From an uncultured Gammaproteobacteria bacterium (GTDB taxonomy: Bacteria > Pseudomonadota > Gammaproteobacteria > CAZDOC01), in NCBI GenBank assembly GCA_964506945.1, contig CAZDOC010000011.1, positions 427 through 64,426 of the forward strand: 64,000 bases of DNA. Direction: 5' to 3'. Shown here one piece after another: positions 61,978 to 64,000 of this stretch. A model generated the notes under the pieces. That model did not search any database. It worked only from the letters and a program-made list of their open reading frames with translations, and was not told the DNA's origin. Made by a program: the position numbers and the translations under genes. Numbering within the stretch: position 1 is the first letter of the stretch; the number at the start of each line of letters is the position of its first letter.

Positions 61978-64000
61978 ATGGCCCTGTCCCAGGTTCAGGC
62001 AGACCCCTATCTGTTCGATTCCGAGGACTTCGAGCGGGCCCTGGCCGCCAGCACCCGGCCATTGCAGGTCTACAAGGACGTCCTCAGAAAGGGGGATGAA
62101 TACCTGCAACAGCGTTTCAGCATGGGCGCGGCCCCGCACACCTTGGTTCATCTGCGCGCCTGGCTGCTGGACCAGGTGCTGATGCGTGCCTGGTATGAAA
62201 ATGGCCTGGATGATCGGGATCTGACCCTGATCGCGGTGGGGGGGTACGGCCGTGGCGAACTCCTTCCAGGCTCCGATATCGATATCGCCATCATCGCCAC
62301 TCAAATGCCCGACACGGATACCTGCCAGGCGCTGGAAACCTTTCTGACCTTCCTCTGGGATATCGGCCTGGAGGTGGGCCATAGCGTCCGCACCCTGGAT
62401 GAATGCGTCAGCGAGGCCAGCACGGACATCACCATCGCCACCAGTCTGATGGAGGCCAGATGGCTGGCCGGGGACCAGGCCGTGTGCCGGAAGATGCTGG
62501 AGATGACCGGCCCGGACCGCATCTGGCCCAACCGTGAATTCTTCGAGACCAAGCTGGCGGAACAGGCGCAACGCCACCACAAGTTCGACGATACCGCCTA
62601 CAATCTCGAGCCCAATATCAAGGAGGGACCCGGCGGTCTGCGTGACATCCAGATGGTCGGCTGGGTGGCCAAACGCTATTTCGGCGCCACCACGCTGCGG
62701 GAACTGGTGGAACACGGTTTCCTCACCGAGGATGAATTCCTGACCCTGGACGCCGGCCAGAACTTCCTCTGGCGCATCCGCTTCGCACTGCACAGCACCA
62801 CGGGCAGGCGGGAAGACCGGTTGTTGTTCGAGCATCAGCGCCGCCTGGCGATGATGTTCGGCTACAGTGACGAGGACGAGCAGCAGCAACTGGGCGTGGA
62901 ACGCTTCATGAAGGCCTATTACCTGACGGTGATGGAACTCACGCGCCTGAACGAGATGCTGCTGCAGCTCTTCCAGGAGGCCATACTCTATGCCGATGTC
63001 GGCAGCATCAAGCCCCTGAACAAGCGTTTCCAGGTACGTATCGGTTTCATCGAGGTCACCCACGACGGCATCTTCGAACGCTATCCCTTTGCCCTGCTGG
63101 AGATCTTCCTGCTGCTGCAGCAACATCCGGAGATCCGGGGGGTGCGCGCCAGCACCATCCGCCTGATCCGCGACCACCGGCACCTGATTGACGAGGACTT
63201 CCGCCGGGACCTGCGCAACCGCAGCCTGTTCATGGAAATCATCCGCCAGCCGCGGCGCCTGGGACATGAACTCGAGCGCATGCACCTCTATGGGGTGCTG
63301 GAATGCTATCTGCCCCAGTTCGCCGCCGTCACCGGCCTGATGCAGTTCGATCTCTTCCATGTCTATACCGTGGACGAACATACCCTGAGGGTAGTGCATA
63401 ACATGCGCCGGCTGTCCGCTCCCGAACACGCCGACAAGCACCCCTATTCCGCGCGCATCATGCAACAGTTGCCGAAACCGGAACTGCTCTACCTGGCCGG
63501 TCTGTTTCATGACATCGGCAAGGGCCGGGGTGGCAATCACGAACGCGAGGGGGCGGCGGAGGCATTGCGCTTCTGTCGCCGGCACAGCCTCAGCCTCTAT
63601 GATTCCAGGCTGGTCTCCTGGCTGGTCAAGAACCATCTGATCATGTCCCGGGTATCGCAACGCGAGGATATCGCCGATCCCGAGGTGATCAACCGCTTCG
63701 CCCGGGCCGTCGGCGACCGTACCCATCTGGACTATCTCTATCTGCTGACCCTTTGCGATATCCGCGGCACCAATCCGGAACTGTGGAACAGCTGGAAGGA
63801 CTCCCTGCTGACCGAGCTCCACCGCAACACCTACCGGGCGCTCAGACGGGGACTGGAAAACCCGATAGATGCCCGCGAACTGATCGACGAGACCAAGGGC
63901 GAGGCCCTGGCCATGCTCTGTACCAAGCCCCTGGGAAAACAGGATATCCTGAGCTTGTGGCGACAGTTCGGTGACGAGTATTTCCTCCGCCATCAGGCCG
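61978..64000 (+). CDS. glnD: [Protein-PII] uridylyltransferase (runs off the window)
   Basis: Manual translation: MALSQVQADPYLF...LIAVGGYGRGELLPGSDIDI...FLWDIGLEVGHSVR...LEPNIKEGPGGLRDI...MQFDLFHVYTVDEHT...LFHDIGKGRGG. Lies downstream of map. The 61966-63993 minus ORF is its shadow. Confidence 0.96.
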   Translation, partial: MALSQVQADPYLFDSEDFERALAASTRPLQVYKDVLRKGDEYLQQRFSMGAAPHTLVHLRAWLLDQVLMRAWYENGLDDRDLTLIAVGGYGRGELLPGSDIDIAIIATQMPDTDTCQALETFLTFLWDIGLEVGHSVRTLDECVSEASTDITIATSLMEARWLAGDQAVCRKMLEMTGPDRIWPNREFFETKLAEQAQRHHKFDDTAYNLEPNIKEGPGGLRDIQMVGWVAKRYFGATTLRELVEHGFLTEDEFLTLDAGQNFLWRIRFALHSTTGRREDRLLFEHQRRLAMMFGYSDEDEQQQLGVERFMKAYYLTVMELTRLNEMLLQLFQEAILYADVGSIKPLNKRFQVRIGFIEVTHDGIFERYPFALLEIFLLLQQHPEIRGVRASTIRLIRDHRHLIDEDFRRDLRNRSLFMEIIRQPRRLGHELERMHLYGVLECYLPQFAAVTGLMQFDLFHVYTVDEHTLRVVHNMRRLSAPEHADKHPYSARIMQQLPKPELLYLAGLFHDIGKGRGGNHEREGAAEALRFCRRHSLSLYDSRLVSWLVKNHLIMSRVSQREDIADPEVINRFARAVGDRTHLDYLYLLTLCDIRGTNPELWNSWKDSLLTELHRNTYRALRRGLENPIDARELIDETKGEALAMLCTKPLGKQDILSLWRQFGDEYFLRHQA

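Noticed and set aside
61966-63993. 675-aa minus-strand ORF, and similar long ORFs such as 58343-60292, 37073-38860 and 44799-46226
   Set aside because: Antisense shadows of glnD, tsf/pyrH, dnaE and the hybrid kinase, as expected in high-GC DNA.

Overview
GC-rich gammaproteobacterial chromosome segment in two halves. The left half (1-33 kb) is accessory and carries PQQ/alcohol-oxidation-associated genes. It holds a TonB-dependent receptor with a MoxY/MoxX (MxcQ/MxcE)-like two-component pair, a divergent six-gene TonB2-type energising operon, a PEP-CTERM surface protein with NxxGxxAF repeats, Sel1 and YceI genes, a TolC-MFP-CusA/CzcA RND pump, TraB/GumN, DUF1244 and ndh. Next, an NtrC-type two-component system is divergent from a complete sigma-54 promoter (UAS, IHF site, -24/-12) that drives two tandem pqqA genes missing from the ORF track, followed by an ABC-2 exporter. 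It ends with cytochrome b561, an L,D-transpeptidase, DUF302 and an uncharacterised MotA/ExbB-type three-gene cassette plus a membrane-anchored FHA protein. The right half (33-64 kb) is the conserved rpsB-tsf-pyrH-frr-uppS-cdsA-dxr-rseP-bamA-skp-lpxD-fabZ-lpxA-lpxB-rnhB-dnaE-accA-tilS cluster plus map-glnD, interrupted between lpxD and fabZ by a c-di-GMP/hybrid-kinase module. Three intergenic elements are bounded by inverted CACGAAG-unit repeats. The best candidates for novelty are the orphan MotA-type cassette (30.2-32.9 kb) and the stand-alone sigma-54-controlled double-pqqA/exporter module (22.4-27.7 kb). All family calls come from motif recognition by eye; no searches were run.
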